Shown here: positions 13,016 to 25,984 of the stretch, in pieces
How the letters are laid out: each line of letters starts with the position of its first letter
Position numbering within the stretch: the first letter of the stretch is position 1
Assembly (NCBI RefSeq): GCF_006345805.1
Contig: NC_043003.1
Location: forward strand, 47,678,001 to 47,742,000
Direction of reading: 5' to 3'
DNA: 64,000 nt
DNA from: Octopus sinensis
Taxonomy: Eukaryota
Notes under the pieces: generated by a model
The model's database searches: none
Seen by the model: the letters and a program-made list of their open reading frames with translations, nothing else
What the model was told of the DNA's origin: nothing
Translations under genes and position numbers: made by a program

Positions 13016-14625
13016 GACTGAGGGCTGAACCTTGGTGTACTCCTACTTCTACCCGGAATTCTTCACTAGACTCATTGCCAATCCTAATCTTACTAACGGC
13101 CTCTCAGTATGGGGCCTGTACAGTCCTTATTAACCATTCGTCAGTCCCCAGTTTCCACATCACCCACCAGATAAGGGATCGAAGGACCCTGTCAAAGGCT
13201 TGCTCCAAGTTCACAAAAGGTAAGTATAGGGGTTTATCTTTAGCTAGGTATTTCTCTTGCAGTTGTCGAACCAGGAATATGGCATCAGAGGTGCTTATAC
13301 CCAGCACAAAACCGAACTGCATCTCATCTAAGCAGACTCACTCTCTAATGAGATGGGCTATGGCCCTCTCTGTGACCTTCATTACCTGATCCAACAACTT
13401 GATACTCCTGTAGTTATTTCTATCTAGAGCATCGCCTTTACCCTTGTAGCAGTTGACTATGGTGCTGCTACATCAGTCATTGGGTATGACTCAATCATGG
13501 TTTACAATGCGGGTGACTAGACCATAGCCCACACCACCAGATGTTTTAAGCATTTCAGCAGTGATTCCTGGTGGGCTGGGAGCTTTTCCTGGCTTCATAT
13601 CCTTACTTGCTTTATCTACCAGGGAGCTGTCTATTCAGATAGCTGGTCCCCCTACTGGGTCAACATTTGGCAGGCTCCCCTCCTCCCATTCATTCTCTAC
13701 ATTCAGCAGTCTTTTATAATGGCTTCTCCAAGCCTCTTTCTTTTCCAAATCATTAAAAGCAAGTGCATTATCATCCATGCAGACACATTTCTCTCCTGTG
13801 ACATCACAATTTTCTCTTACACACTGTCTTGCAATCTTAGTTCTGACCATGTAAAGAGCTCTTTAGCTTCTAAATACTTCTTTTTGGGATTGATATCCTT
13901 CTGGCCTCAAGCCTAAAGTCACTTACAACTAGCCTATGCTGGGATGTACATTCTTCACCTGAGAGTGTCTTTATATTTAAGAACAACCCTGCGTCCCACT
14001 GTCTGGTGAAGATGGAATCAATCTGGCTAGCAGAGTCACCTGATTGATAGGTTATCAGGTGGTTGTCTGGTTTCCTGAAGTTAGCATTGCAGATTAAAAA
14101 GTGACATGCATCACAGAACTCCAGTAGCCTAGTTCCCTCTTTGTTTTGGGAACCAATACCATGGCCCCCGTGTACACCAGTGAAGATACAAGATTGTCGC
14201 CCAACATGCCCATTAAAATTTCCAGCCGCAAAGACGAGGTCATTGCCACTCGTCTTTGAGGTAGCCTGTAGAAGGGTATCATAAAAATGGTCCTTCTGAT
14301 CATTTGGTAGGCTTGCTTGTGGGGCGTAGGCAGAGATAATTGTAGCTGTGCTGTTCTGCAGGACTAGCCTAAGCTTAAGCACTCTATCACATACCCTGAC
14401 AACCTCTATGACTCTATTTACCCATTTCTCCGCAAGGAGTATGCCTACACCCCCCACTCCATCCGTGTTACATTGCCAGAAGATTTTGTACCTATGTGCC
14501 TTGCCTGTGAGGAATCTAGCTGAAGCTCCTCTCCATCTTACCTCTTGTATGCAGCGTACATCGACACGTCTCCTTTCAAGCATCTCTACAATCCCATGCA
14601 CTGTGACACTTTTACCTTCTCAGTA
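13016..14625 (-). mobile_element. RTE LINE ORF remnant (APE endonuclease plus N-terminal half of RT) with internal deletion and frameshifts
   Basis: ORFs 13870-14601 ([26 protein letters not shown]) and 13104-13322 (QFGF, STSDAIFLVRQLQEKY, AFDRV). Confidence 0.9.
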
Positions 14626-14654
14626 TCAAACTATGTAAATAAATTTCAAGTTAG

Positions 14655-15470
14655 ACATCAAATTGCTGAACCAGGTGATAGAGGTAATAGAAAGGTTCAT
14701 TACTCAATTAATTAGGAAGAGAGTTACTCTAGATGAGATGCAGTTTGGATTTGTGCCAGGTAGAAGCCTCACCAATGCTATATTCCTGGTGAGGTAACTG
14801 CAGAAATACATGGCCAAAGATAAACCTCTTTATTTGGTGTTTGTTGACATTGAGAAAGCCTTTGAAAGGGTCCCCTACTCCCTTGTCTGGTGGGAAATAT
14901 GGAAGCTAGAGATAGACAAGAGGTTAGTGAGAGCTGTAAAAGCCATTTACAGGGATGCTGTCAGTATGGTGAAAGTCACCAATGAATATAGCAAGGAATT
15001 TAGAGCATAAGTAGGAGTCCACCAGTGTTCAGTTTTTAGCCTCCCCCATATTTATCATGGTCCTCCAAGCTATATCAATGATTTAAAACTGGCTGCCCTT
15101 AAGAGCACCTCTTTGCTGAATGACTACCAGAACTAGAGAAAAAATTTCAGGTATGAAAGCAAGGACTGGAATCAAAGAACCTTAGAGTTAATTTAGAAAA
15201 GACCAAAGTCTCCTTCATCCCTCTTCAGCTAAGCTTTCCTAATCTTGCACCCATGCTGGTCTCATGTAAAAGCATCTGTGCTAGTGCTGTGTAAAAGCTG
15301 CGTTAAAGCACCCAGTGCACTCTGCAAAGTGGTTGGTGTCAGGAAGGGTATCTAGCCTTAGAAACCATGCCAAAACAGATATGGAACATGGGCAGCTCCC
15401 CAGCTGACCAGATTCTGTCAAACCATCTCACCTATGCCAGCAATAGATATTAAATGATGATGATGATGAA
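14655..15470 (+). mobile_element. Decayed RTE LINE (RT fragment plus 3' UTR)
   Basis: QFGFVPGRS, KDKPLYLVFVDIEKAFERVP and VGVHQ motifs, then the 3' UTR motif and (GAT)n tail. Confidence 0.8.
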
Positions 15471-15884
15471 GTGGTAAACCTTCTCCTTCTCTGTACTTCC
15501 CTCATTCCTGTTTTATCTATCTATCTATCTATCTATCTATATACTATTATCTAAAGTAAATGGAAGAAGAAAGAATGGGAAAAAAGTCTAAAGAAGAACA
15601 AACAGAAACACCAAAAAGAAAAGATGCAAAACAATTACAACATTAATGGATAACAATAACAACAACACTAACTAATTAATACATTAATGACACTAGCAAT
15701 AACATTAATATATAACAATAGAAACTACACTAATAGTACATTAACAAAATAGACAATTTAAAAAGTAAAACTAAATTGTATGCTTTAAAGAATTTTAATT
15801 TTAATATTTTTTTATTTACCATTTTTGTAGTTCTTTGTTAAACTTATTTAGTACATCAGTTTGTGTAGAAATAGGGGAAATAAA

Positions 15885-16113
15885 ATGAAGAAATCTGCCA
15901 AAATCACACCACTTGAAAAGGCAGAGTCTCTTGCTGAGGAAAAAGAAAATCGGTCTAACAAAATAATATTACTGTCGGTGATATGTATTTTGATAATGGA
16001 ATTATGTGAAAGACTCACCTATTACAGCATTACCGCAAACTTAGTCTTGTTTGCTAAAAACAAGCTAAAGTATGATAATTCTATATCCAGTTACATTGTC
16101 CAAATTTTTTCAG
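15885..16113 (+). CDS. SLC15A4-like: SLC15-like exon 1 (N-terminus, TM1 with ExxER motif)
   Basis: ATG at 15885. Reads MKKSAK...ILIMELCERLTYYSITANLV...QIFS-G and ends at the G|GTGAG donor (phase 1). An upstream AG/pyrimidine tract near 15820-15870 allows for a non-coding exon further upstream. Confidence 0.9.
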
Positions 16114-16209
16114 GTGAGTTTAACTAGTTTACATTTTCATCTCCTCTCTGTCTTACTCTTGCTCTCTCTCTCTCTCTCTCATCATTGGTCATGTTATTCT
16201 TTGCTCCGT

Positions 16210-17118
16210 GGTGAAAGATTGTTTTTGTGCTGAAGATTGTGAAAATTTGCCATTTTGGTTGTCGAGACCACTTCTTTTCTGCTGTTACAGCAGAATTTTG
16301 CTGTTGTTTCCCCCTTGTTTCAGAGAGGAAGCAGCTAAAAACATGAATTTGCCACCAATTTCTTCCGAGTCCGAGAAAAACTTTGAAATTTTGTTTCAAG
16401 ACATAGACAGGAATATGAGGGAGGAGAACGGTAAAGATATAGAGGCAACTTATGCACTCATTACAAAGGCAGATGACAAAATGTCTAGTGAGGCTTCTAC
16501 ACAACAGGAAAAAAATCAAGAATTAATAGAATTAATTTTGCGAGTGCAGCAACTCGCCCCTGTGAAAACATTGAAATAAACAAGGATGATTTAAAGAAAT
16601 TTCAAGGATTACTCAAAAAGGAAGGTGAAAATGTGAAGTCGCTCCCTCCCAGTGAATTAATCAACACGACGGAGAGAAAAACTCTAATATATAAGACATA
16701 CCACGTGAAAAATAGAAAAATTTACTTCGTGCTGAGGGAAGCAACAGAGAAATGCTTGAGGCCAATATGGCAACAAACAAGTTATAAAGCAAGGGAAAGT
16801 CGCTTCGGTACTGTAGAGGTGCGTTTCCCTAGCGAAGAAAAAGCCAGGGAGCATTCAACAATGACATTGAAGTCAGAAGAAGTAGTTTTTCTACTGACTT
16901 ACTTAGGAAGGAGAACTTCAAAAGTCAGGGTCAGTGATATACCACCCGAAATAGATGTGGCCTGGCTGGTAGCCGCTATCCTCATGAACAGAGAAGAAAA
17001 AATTACCATTCTACAGACGAAAAGATACCACCACATGAACTGGATTGGACAAGAGTTAGAACTCGTCATTCAAGCAAACCCCATAGATTTAGAAGAAATA
17101 CCCTTAGTGCTCAAAACT
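16210..17118 (+). mobile_element. 5' UTR and frameshifted ORF1-like region of a non-LTR retrotransposon in intron 1
   Basis: CpG-richer coding-like stretch with an ATG at 16343. Two ORFs join by a frameshift near 16550-16560. YLGRRTSKVRVSDIPPEIDVAWLVAAIL resembles RRM-like LINE ORF1 segments. No ORF2 follows. The clade cannot be assigned by eye. Confidence 0.5.
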
Positions 17119-17224
17119 CTTCTGATAATCTTTCCTGTTTGCAAGATGTTCTACCTTGTGATTACAGTCCTACTAAGTAACAGCAACCATAAATAAGTCC
17201 AACCAGCTCTTATAAATGTTTTCA

Positions 17225-17900
17225 CTTGTATAAAAGCACCCACTACACTCACGGAGTGGTTGGCATTAAGAAGGGCATCCAGCTGTAGAAACACTGCCAG
17301 ATCAGACTGGAGCCTGGTGCAGCCGTCTGGCTTCCCAGATCCCCGGTCGAACCATCCAACCCATGCTAGCATGGAGAACGGACGTTAAACAATGATGATG
17401 ATGATGATGACAACAAACTAGCACAGTCACCATAACTGAATCAATAGAAGAATTAGAGATGAAATTCCAGGTATGAAAGTTAAGACTAGAATTAAGAGAT
17501 CTTAAGGTAAACATAGCAAAGATGAAAGTTTTAATAAGTAAGAAAAGAGACAAGACCCTGGTATCCTTGGCGAACACCCTTGATTGATATGCAGAAAATG
17601 AGTAGGTATAAGTTGCATATGATGTATTCATTGCAAGCTATGGACACAAAAAAAGTATATTGAAGTTACAGACAAACTAACAATGAAATTGAGCTTCGTA
17701 TGAGATAGATGTACTAGATGTACTATGATGACACTGGAGATAGGTTCTTTTAAGGTCCCAGGTAGCTTGCTTGAAGTATTTGATAGCTTTTGTTACCTAG
17801 GAGATGTGATTAACTAGAGAAGTGGTTGCTCTAAAAGCATAGCAACCAGGGTAATACTGGGTTGCAGTTTGGTGCAGTTTTCAGGCTCATCAATTACTGT
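17225..17900 (+). mobile_element. RTE 3' UTR fragment (17225-17410) followed by a decayed RTE RT fragment
   Basis: aaaagcacccactacactcacggagtggttggc...(GAT)n, then LKVNIAKMKVLI and DSFCYLGDV-like remnants. Confidence 0.7.
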
Positions 17901-18093
17901 TGACCCAGCTTGCCTATGCGAACAGAGAAAATGGCTGTTAAATGATGATGATGTGCATGTGTGTGTGTGTGTGCATGTGCGTGCATGCATGCGGATACCA
18001 TGTGGTTGGAAAGCAAAGTTCTTATCACACAGCTGTGTTTGCTTTTTGTATATCATATTATGTATGATATACTATATAATGTTTCTTTCATTT

Positions 18094-18137
<44 letters not shown>

Positions 18138-18289
18138 TAAGTAGTTGAATGAATTATCCTAGTATGGATAATTCGGTTAACCGATACCCGGGTAGCAAAT
18201 TTATGTCAGAAAGCAATGGTTGAAGCTACATGCCAAGGGCAGAAATCACGTGCTTTCGTGTGGAAATTTGTGTGTCTTTTTACTATAGC

Positions 18290-18440
18290 TAAATGAAAGA
18301 ATGGAGTCGAACGACGATTTAACAAAATTCCTTTATTCTTGACACATGTTTCGAAGACTGCATATTCTTAATTGCAGTCTTCGAAACATGTGTCGAGAAT
18401 AAAGGAATTTTGTTAAATCGTCGTTCGACTCCATTCTTTC

Positions 18441-18445
<5 letters not shown>
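18290..18445. repeat. 73-bp-arm near-perfect inverted repeat (10-nt loop) abutting (TA)n
   Basis: 18290-18362 is the reverse complement of 18373-18445 with one difference, which would be a G-U pair in RNA. Confidence 0.95.
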
Positions 18446-18510
<65 letters not shown>

Positions 18511-18959
18511 GTATAAATTTCTTATATTAGCTTTCTTAAACATTAAAAGAGTTGTTATGAAAGAAAATTTCCAAATGCCTTGGGTCGTGTTTGAGTCTGT
18601 CAATCATACATGCACACTATAGAGCAAAGAAATCAGCCATTAACACCTTTGCACTATAAATTTCCTCACTCTGAAATATTTTGAAATACCAGATAACAGT
18701 AATAACCACCAACCTGTGTTAATAATTTTTTTGTAACTTGCATCGTATTGGCTTTAAAAAAAATATATTTAAGACATTCATACACACAAACACACACATA
18801 TACATATATACATATATATACACACTACATAAACCTGATGATTGCATAATGCATGAAAGTACTAGTTTATTTGAATATGAGCATAACGCCGCCCCATCCA
18901 ATGGATGGTGCTGAGTTGTCAAACATTTAAACCAAATTTTCTCAAAACAACTTGTCCGA

Positions 18960-19270
18960 CCATCCCATTTTGTGGCATTATTTCAAGCCAGCGGGCTTTT
19001 TTTGCGCAAACTGCATGTGTATTTTTCTCACGTACCTGTAGTATTGATCACGACAGTTGATGTACTTGCGCATACAAATGCATGTTGCCACGGCTTTATC
19101 GATCGCATTCTCACCTGGAATCGATTTTTGTAAGTTTTTCAAGACTTATACACGTCCTGATACTGTCGGTATCTACACATCAAATTTGAGCGCAATCAAG
19201 TGAAGGATGCCCGAGATCCTAGAAGACACACACACACACACACACAGAATGGATTTTATAGAACAGATGA
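18960..19270 (+). mobile_element. Helentron/DINE-1-like short non-autonomous element (3' part)
   Basis: caaatttgagcgcaatc...gatcctagaaga-(CA)n-gattttatagaacagat architecture, typical of HINE/DINE-like 3' ends. Family call is by pattern only. Confidence 0.4.
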
Positions 19271-19329
19271 TAAAATTGTAAAAATTGCAAATAATAAAAC
19301 GTGAAAATCAGACTTAGTAGGAATTTCAT

Positions 19330-19368
<39 letters not shown>

Positions 19369-19552
19369 ATATGCAATGCATGCCTTACTATTTTACCATG
19401 ATAGATAATTTTTGTTTAATATATAATTGATTAATGGTAATTTTCACTAGATTCATTGTAGTTATATTTACTTTTATTTTTGCGTTCCTTCATTTCTTAG
19501 TATAAAGTAGTCAAGAGAAAGAAAGGTGGTGTGTGTGGTGTGTGTGTGTGTG

Positions 19553-19585
<33 letters not shown>

Positions 19586-20211
19586 GTGTGTGTGTGTGTG
19601 AGTATGTGTGTGTGATTAAAAAGTAAAGATTTCATCTTTTCATTCATGCCAATGCTTTAAAATTTAATTTTAAATATTTAAAGTTATTTAAGAAAGGTTA
19701 TGTAAAAAAGTAAAATAGAAGAATTTCTCACGCTTTCAATGACCTCCAGGATGGTAAAAGAGTCAGTTAGTTCAGTTTTCTCTCTATTTTCCCTGACTTT
19801 GAAACAGATAAGAAGAATATTATCATTCTTGGAAAAGAGAAGCCAAAGTTTAAGCTGATAATCAAAACCGAAGTGGGCAGCAAGGAATGTCATCGTTATT
19901 TTGATTGAAAGTATTATGAATAGTCTGAGTGAATGATGAGATGACCCATTCTGAACAAATTTTTCTGTTTGCCATGTCTGTTAGTTAGTCAGTATAAGAA
20001 CACATTTTCTCAGCTTTGAAGTGATATAGAAAACAAATATCACTTTCAAGTGATATTCAAAAAGAAATGATTTAATTGTATAGCTGTTACAAGTGAAGGT
20101 TTAATGAAGCCAATGATAAAAAAACAAAAAAAAAAACAGAAAAAAACAGCATTTGTTGCTGTTACATTTGGTGAGACTACTCAAATTCAAATCAAACATA
20201 CTGCATTATAC

Positions 20212-20350
20212 CCACCCTTATGAAACATACAGCATTAGCCTTCTTCCTAGGCTTGGATTTTGTGTTCCAAATTTCATTAGGATTGGTCCAGTAGTTTTCG
20301 AGTCTATAAGTAACACATGAACACACATAATGACATTGACTTTTATATAT
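20212..20350 (+). mobile_element. Helentron/DINE-1-like element 3' end followed by compound (TA)n/(TACA)n
   Basis: ccaaatttcattaggattggtccagtagttttcgag...ttttatatatagat. Confidence 0.4.
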
Positions 20351-20435
20351 AGATATATATATATATATAGGTACATACAAACATACATACATACATACAT
20401 ACATACATACATACATACATACATACATACATACG

Positions 20436-20498
<63 letters not shown>

Positions 20499-21619
20499 CG
20501 AGAAAAAAGCAACAAGAATGGATTAGTATTTCTGTACAATTGTTTCATACGAAGACAAGCTTTATTAAAAGCTGCAAATATTGCAGCAAATACAAGTGTC
20601 CCGTACTCATCAGCCAAAACACATGAGTTCTCCAAGCATCCTAGTGGGTGAGGCTACACTCATGAAGTATCGGAGATAGTTTTATAAAAAGCAAATTTAG
20701 ATTGTAAGCAGACTTCCAAAGTTCTCTAATGATGATGCACAGTCTTATAACAGGCTTTAAAAAAGCTTGTTAGCTTCACAGAGAAGGTGAATCCATCCAT
20801 AATGTAGGTGCAATTACCGGAGATATGAGGAGATATTTCATACTCACAGACGATGAATCCATCCATGATTAATCCATAATAAGGTGGGTATAATTTCCTG
20901 ATATATGATAAGATACTTGTCACACCTCTGTTCATTTCACAAAACTGCTATGTTAGAATTATAATGGCTGAAGGAATTTTGTGGAGCATAGAAAAACTGC
21001 CCACATAGAGCATTCTAGGATAACTGAGAGGGAAGGGGTTGCAGGTACCCACCTATGCAGAGAGGTCTCTTTCTGTGGGGACAGACAGTCTGGCTTAGAA
21101 TTTGCAGGAATCCAAGATTTATAAAGGAGAACATTACTTTTGACCAGTATACAGCTGCTAATTGCCAATCCAATGGAGCTAAAGCGGATATAAGAATCTA
21201 AAGAGAACAAGGGAAGGGATCAAGGGGTCAAAGGCTATCACTAGAGGAAAATACATTAAGAGAATTAAGTGCAATACTAGAAAGGAGGTCATTTAATTAT
21301 TTTATTTATTATTGTTACTGTTTATACAATGACAGACTGTAGGTCTATACTTAGAGGTCAATTACAAGGTGTGAGAGAATTGCTTATCATAGTGAAATTT
21401 CTTATACTACTTTTAAGGGAGTAGCATTACTTATTTAACTTTATAATAGAATTATGAAGTATTAGTAACTTATTTGATTTAAGTTGTGTTACCTAAATTA
21501 GATTAAAATTAGATTAAATTAAATTAACTATATAGTCAATTAAACTTTTTTAGGCAACATACAAATACTATTTATTTCTTTATGTTCTAAATCAGGTGCA
21601 GTTAGAAAGAAAGAAATAA

Positions 21620-22360
21620 CCATACGTAGGCTTGAAAGAAATGAAGCTAGTATGATCTGCTGGATGTGAAATGTTAATGTGTGCACACAACAGAGTGTGG
21701 ACATAAGAAGCATCAGATGTGGTGTGCAAGAGAGATGACTGCACTGGTATGGTCATGTACTGTCTATGGATGAGGAGAGCTGTGTGAAGAAGTGTCACTC
21801 CCTAACAGTTGAAGGAACCCGTGGAAGATGGAGACCCAGGAAGACATGGAATGAGGTGGTGAGGCACGACCATCTAAAGTTGGGCCTCACAAAGGCAATG
21901 ATAAGAGACTGGAGACCTCTGGAGATATGCTGTGATTGAGAAGATCCAGCAGGTAAAGTGAAATCACAGCAGTAGCCTATACCAGTGTCACATAACCAGC
22001 CCATTTAAAAAGTACCTTTGAATCATTAGGTGACACACTGTGCATCAGGAGACCTATTCAGTCAAGTAAAATCAAAAATCAAAATCAAAATGACAATCAG
22101 AATTTCAATCAAATCGAAATCAAAATGGAAATTGTAGTTATGACTGATATCAGTGCCACCTGACTGGCTTCTGTGCCAGTGACACATAAAATGCACCCAC
22201 TACACTTGGTGTGGTTGGCATTAGGAAGGACATCCAGCTGTAGAAATCATGCCAGATCAGATTGGAGCCTGGTGTGGCTTCCTAGCTTGTGAGTCCCCAG
22301 TTAAACCATTCAACCCATGCCAGCATGGAAAACGGATGTTAATGACGACGACAACGATGA

Positions 22361-22362
<2 letters not shown>
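21620..22362 (+). mobile_element. RTE LINE 3' end (ORF C-terminus plus 3' UTR), tail abutting (TA)n
   Basis: RNEASM..W, WYGHV and GRWRPRKTW remnants, then the 3' UTR ending gacgacgacaacgatgatga|tatata. Confidence 0.8.
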
Positions 22363-22407
<45 letters not shown>

Positions 22408-22435
22408 TACATACATACATATATATATATATATT

Positions 22436-22495
<60 letters not shown>

Positions 22496-22509
22496 CATAT
22501 ATATATATA

Positions 22510-22703
22510 TCATTGTGGTTTAACGTCCACTTTCCATGCTGGCATGGGTTGGATGGTTTGATTGAGGACTGGTGAGCCAGAAGGTTGCACCAGGCTCAAT
22601 CTCATCTGGCAAAGTTTCAACAGCTGGATGCCCTTCCTAATGTCAACCACTCTGAGAGTGTAGTGGGTGCTTTTATGTGCCACCAGCATGAGGGCCAGTC
22701 AGG
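22510..22703 (-). mobile_element. RTE 3' UTR fragment, tail-to-tail with the previous copy across (TA)n
   Basis: gtttaacgtccactttccatgctggcatgggttgg...gatgcccttcctaatg is the reverse complement of the 3' UTR. Confidence 0.8.
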
Positions 22704-23548
22704 CAGTTCTGGCATATATATATGTGTGTTATTATTCATTTGATTATAATACACCAAGGGGATTTATGACTTGTCAGACACCCTAGAATATAACAACAGT
22801 TACCAATTCAACATAACGCGTACTTTTCATCAGCTCCTAGGTGCTAAATATTAATAGAGCTGGTTTTCTCTGTATACACAACTGGAATGGCCTATTTGAT
22901 ATTTACCAACCATAGGTCATAATAACTCTCTCAGCAGACAGATTAAATTTGGAGTGCCTTGATTATAACTAAACACGCTCACTCAACCATCTTAACTTTT
23001 TTTTTAGGCATAAAATATACTGTCATGTGACACTAACGCATGGATATAGTGGGAAATATACTAAAGGTTATTAACTTAATCATGTGTTCATTTTCTACAA
23101 ACAATTGACAGAAAACATTCAGTGCATTTGTTTTCAATAATAGAAATATTCAGTGCATTGATTGTTTGAGCATGTACAGACAACCTTAGCCTATGACACC
23201 AAACATTGTCACTTGATACTAACACGCAGATGTAGCAGGGAACCTACAAAAATTTCTTAGAGCAGTCATGTCACTATCCTCTACCAATCAACTCCTATTC
23301 AAAACATATACTAATTTGAGCTATGAACTCCCTATAAGAACAGGACAAATTTCAAACACAAATCAGAAGCAAGATAGCTGCGACAGAAGCCATGTCTTTC
23401 TATTTGACCTTCTTGAAAGTCAGTGTAAACTGCAAAACCAGTTCAAGCTTTAAATATATTAATAATAAAAATATTTTAACTATTCTCAGTATGTTTTCAA
23501 CTCCTATTTTTTCCTATACTTCTTCCTGTGTGTAATAAAATAACTTTG

Positions 23549-23582
<34 letters not shown>

Positions 23583-23605
23583 ATATATATATATATATAT
23601 ATATA

Positions 23606-24006
23606 TTATTTTATTCCTTTACTTGTTTCATTCATATGACTGTGGCCATGCTGCAGCACTGCCTTTAGTCAAACAAATTGACTGCAGGACTTATTCTTTG
23701 TACACCTAGTACTTATTCTATCAGTCTCTTTTGCCGAACCACTAATGTAATGGGGATGTAAACACACCAACATTGGTTGTCAAGCGATGGTGGCGGTCAA
23801 ACACAGACACACAAACATTTACACACACACACACACACATATATACAATGGGCTTCTTTCAGTTTCCCTCTACCAAATCCACTCACAAGGCTTTGGTCGG
23901 CCTGAGGCTAAAGTAGAAGACACTTGTCCAAGGTGCCATGCAGTAGGACTGAACCCAAAAATATGTGGTTGGTAAGCAAGCTACTTACCACACATCCATG
24001 CCTGCA

Positions 24007-24007
<1 letters not shown>
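23606..24007 (-). mobile_element. Full-length tRNA-derived CORE-type SINE
   Basis: Reverse complement is colinear with 55834-56240. Confidence 0.85.
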
Positions 24008-24045
<38 letters not shown>

Positions 24046-24089
24046 TAATAGTAAATGAAAGAGACCTCGATATTATGTACATAGAGGAA

Positions 24090-24261
24090 TTTGGCATTAG
24101 GAAGGACATCCAGCTGTAGAAACCTTGCCAGCTCAGATTGGAGCCTGGTGTGGCCTCCTGGCTTGCCAGTCCCCAGTCAAACCATCCAACCCATGTTAGC
24201 ATGGAAAACGGACGTTAAACGATGATGATGATGATATTATATGTATATATATATATGTGTG

Positions 24262-24318
<57 letters not shown>

Positions 24319-24500
24319 TCGTCATTTAACGTTTGCTTTCCATGCTGTCATGGGTTGGACAGTTTAACTGAGGACTGGTGAGCCAGAAGTCTGCACCAAG
24401 CTCAATCTCATCTGGCAAGGTTTCAACAACTGGATTCCCTTCCTAATGTCAACCACTCCAAGAGTGTAGTGGCACGAGGGCCAGTCAGGTGGTTTTGGCA
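24090..24500. mobile_element. Tail-to-tail RTE 3' UTR pair around (TA)n (24090-24235 on +, 24316-24500 on -)
   Basis: Same arrangement and same downstream unique block as 22190-22820. Confidence 0.8.
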
Positions 24501-24635
24501 TATATATATATATATACATACATAATCAAATGAATAATAATAACAGATGATGTTATTATTCATTTGATTATCATACACCAAGGGAATTTATGATTTGTTA
24601 GACATCCTAGAATATAACAACAGTTATCAATTCAA

Positions 24636-25730
24636 CATAATGCATTCAGGGCACATATAACTGATGAAACAAAAAAGTTGGCAAAAAAATCGGGAAACCA
24701 ATTGGCAGTTATTCCTAGTGGTCTGACAAGCCAACTTCAACCTCTGGACATCAGTATCAACAAACCATTCAAGGAACTGATGAGAAATGAATGGTGTAAG
24801 TGGTTGCAAGGGGGTGACTCCAACCTAACACCAACAGGGAAAGTTAGGAAGCCAACAATCAGTGAAGTTTCCAGCTGGGTGAATAATTTATGGAATGGTG
24901 TGAAGAAAGAAGTGATTGTAAAGGCCTTTAAAAAGTGTGGCATAAGGAACAACATGGATGGTACGGAAAATGATGCAATTTACAATGAGGGTGATTCTGA
25001 TGATAATGAACTACCAGTGGTTGTATGTCATTATGATGAGAGTAATGAGGAATATAATGGTTTCTATGATTAATAAAAAATATCTTTGATAAAACATGTT
25101 AACTTGTGAAAATAATTTATTAATATTCTTCTTAAGGGTATACATGGTAAATTTTGATAAGTTTCACTAAGAAAACAAAAGAAAAAACTTCAGATTTTTT
25201 GCATGGAATCAAGTACTCTGACTTCCTAATGTGCTGCAATCCCCTTATTTTTAGTTGGAAATCCTGGAATCATTGGAATTTTTTTTTCTTTGCTGAATGA
25301 ATTACAGTGATGTCCTGTAATTCATAAATAAATTAAGTACCAATTGCATACTGGGGTCGATCTAATCAACTAGCCACCTCCCCCAAAAATTTTGGGCCTT
25401 GTGCCTAGAGTAGAAATGTACTTGTTTGTGTGTGTGTGTGTGAGAGAGAATGAGAAACATCTCATTAATATCATTTAAGATATTTTTAATTTCATTTATG
25501 TCTTCCCTCTCTTTCATAGAAGGCCCTTTCTTTCTTATTATATCCATAGTCTCTCATCTCTCTCTCGCTCTCTCTCTCCCCACACAAAAATGAAACACAT
25601 TACCTGATAAGTAAAGGTGCACTTATCAAAATTTACCTAGCCTTTTACAAAACCTTTTTTCCAAATTTTAAGCCCCCAAAATTAGGGGGTTCCTTATACA
25701 CGAGGTTTCCTTATACATGTTAAAATATGG
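24636..25730 (+). mobile_element. pogo/Tigger-family DNA transposon, 3' half
   Basis: NAFRAHITDE..LAVIPSGLTSQLQPLDISINKPFK...KAFKKCGI, and a right end cttatacacgagg..cttatacatgttaaaatatgg|TA. A SINE 3' fragment is inserted at ~25337-25420. Confidence 0.85.
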
Positions 25731-25984
25731 TATATATATGTGTTATTAATTTATTTAGCTTCCAGTTAAAAAAAATTATAATGACTTATATATATAACTG
25801 CTACAGTAATTCAAAATTATTCTTTTTAACTCAGGTTTTGTTGGAACTCCTGAAGTATTGCATGTGTAGTGGGCATGCTGCCTGCAGCCTACAGTAACAT
25901 GCTATCTGTTCTTTTCAACTATCTTATGCTTTCCTGATTATTTTGGCTATGCCAAGGAGGCAAACATTTTGCAACAGTTCTACT

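Noticed and set aside
13016-15470. Single RTE insertion with a twin-priming 5' inversion
   Set aside because: The two oppositely oriented pieces overlap by several hundred bases of homologous RT sequence and differ in decay level, so independent insertions are more likely.
20192-22575. YI/IY/VC/TH/poly-L/poly-T ORFs here and throughout (e.g. 11420, 28588, 43868, 46067, 56205)
   Set aside because: They are translations of di- and trinucleotide microsatellites.
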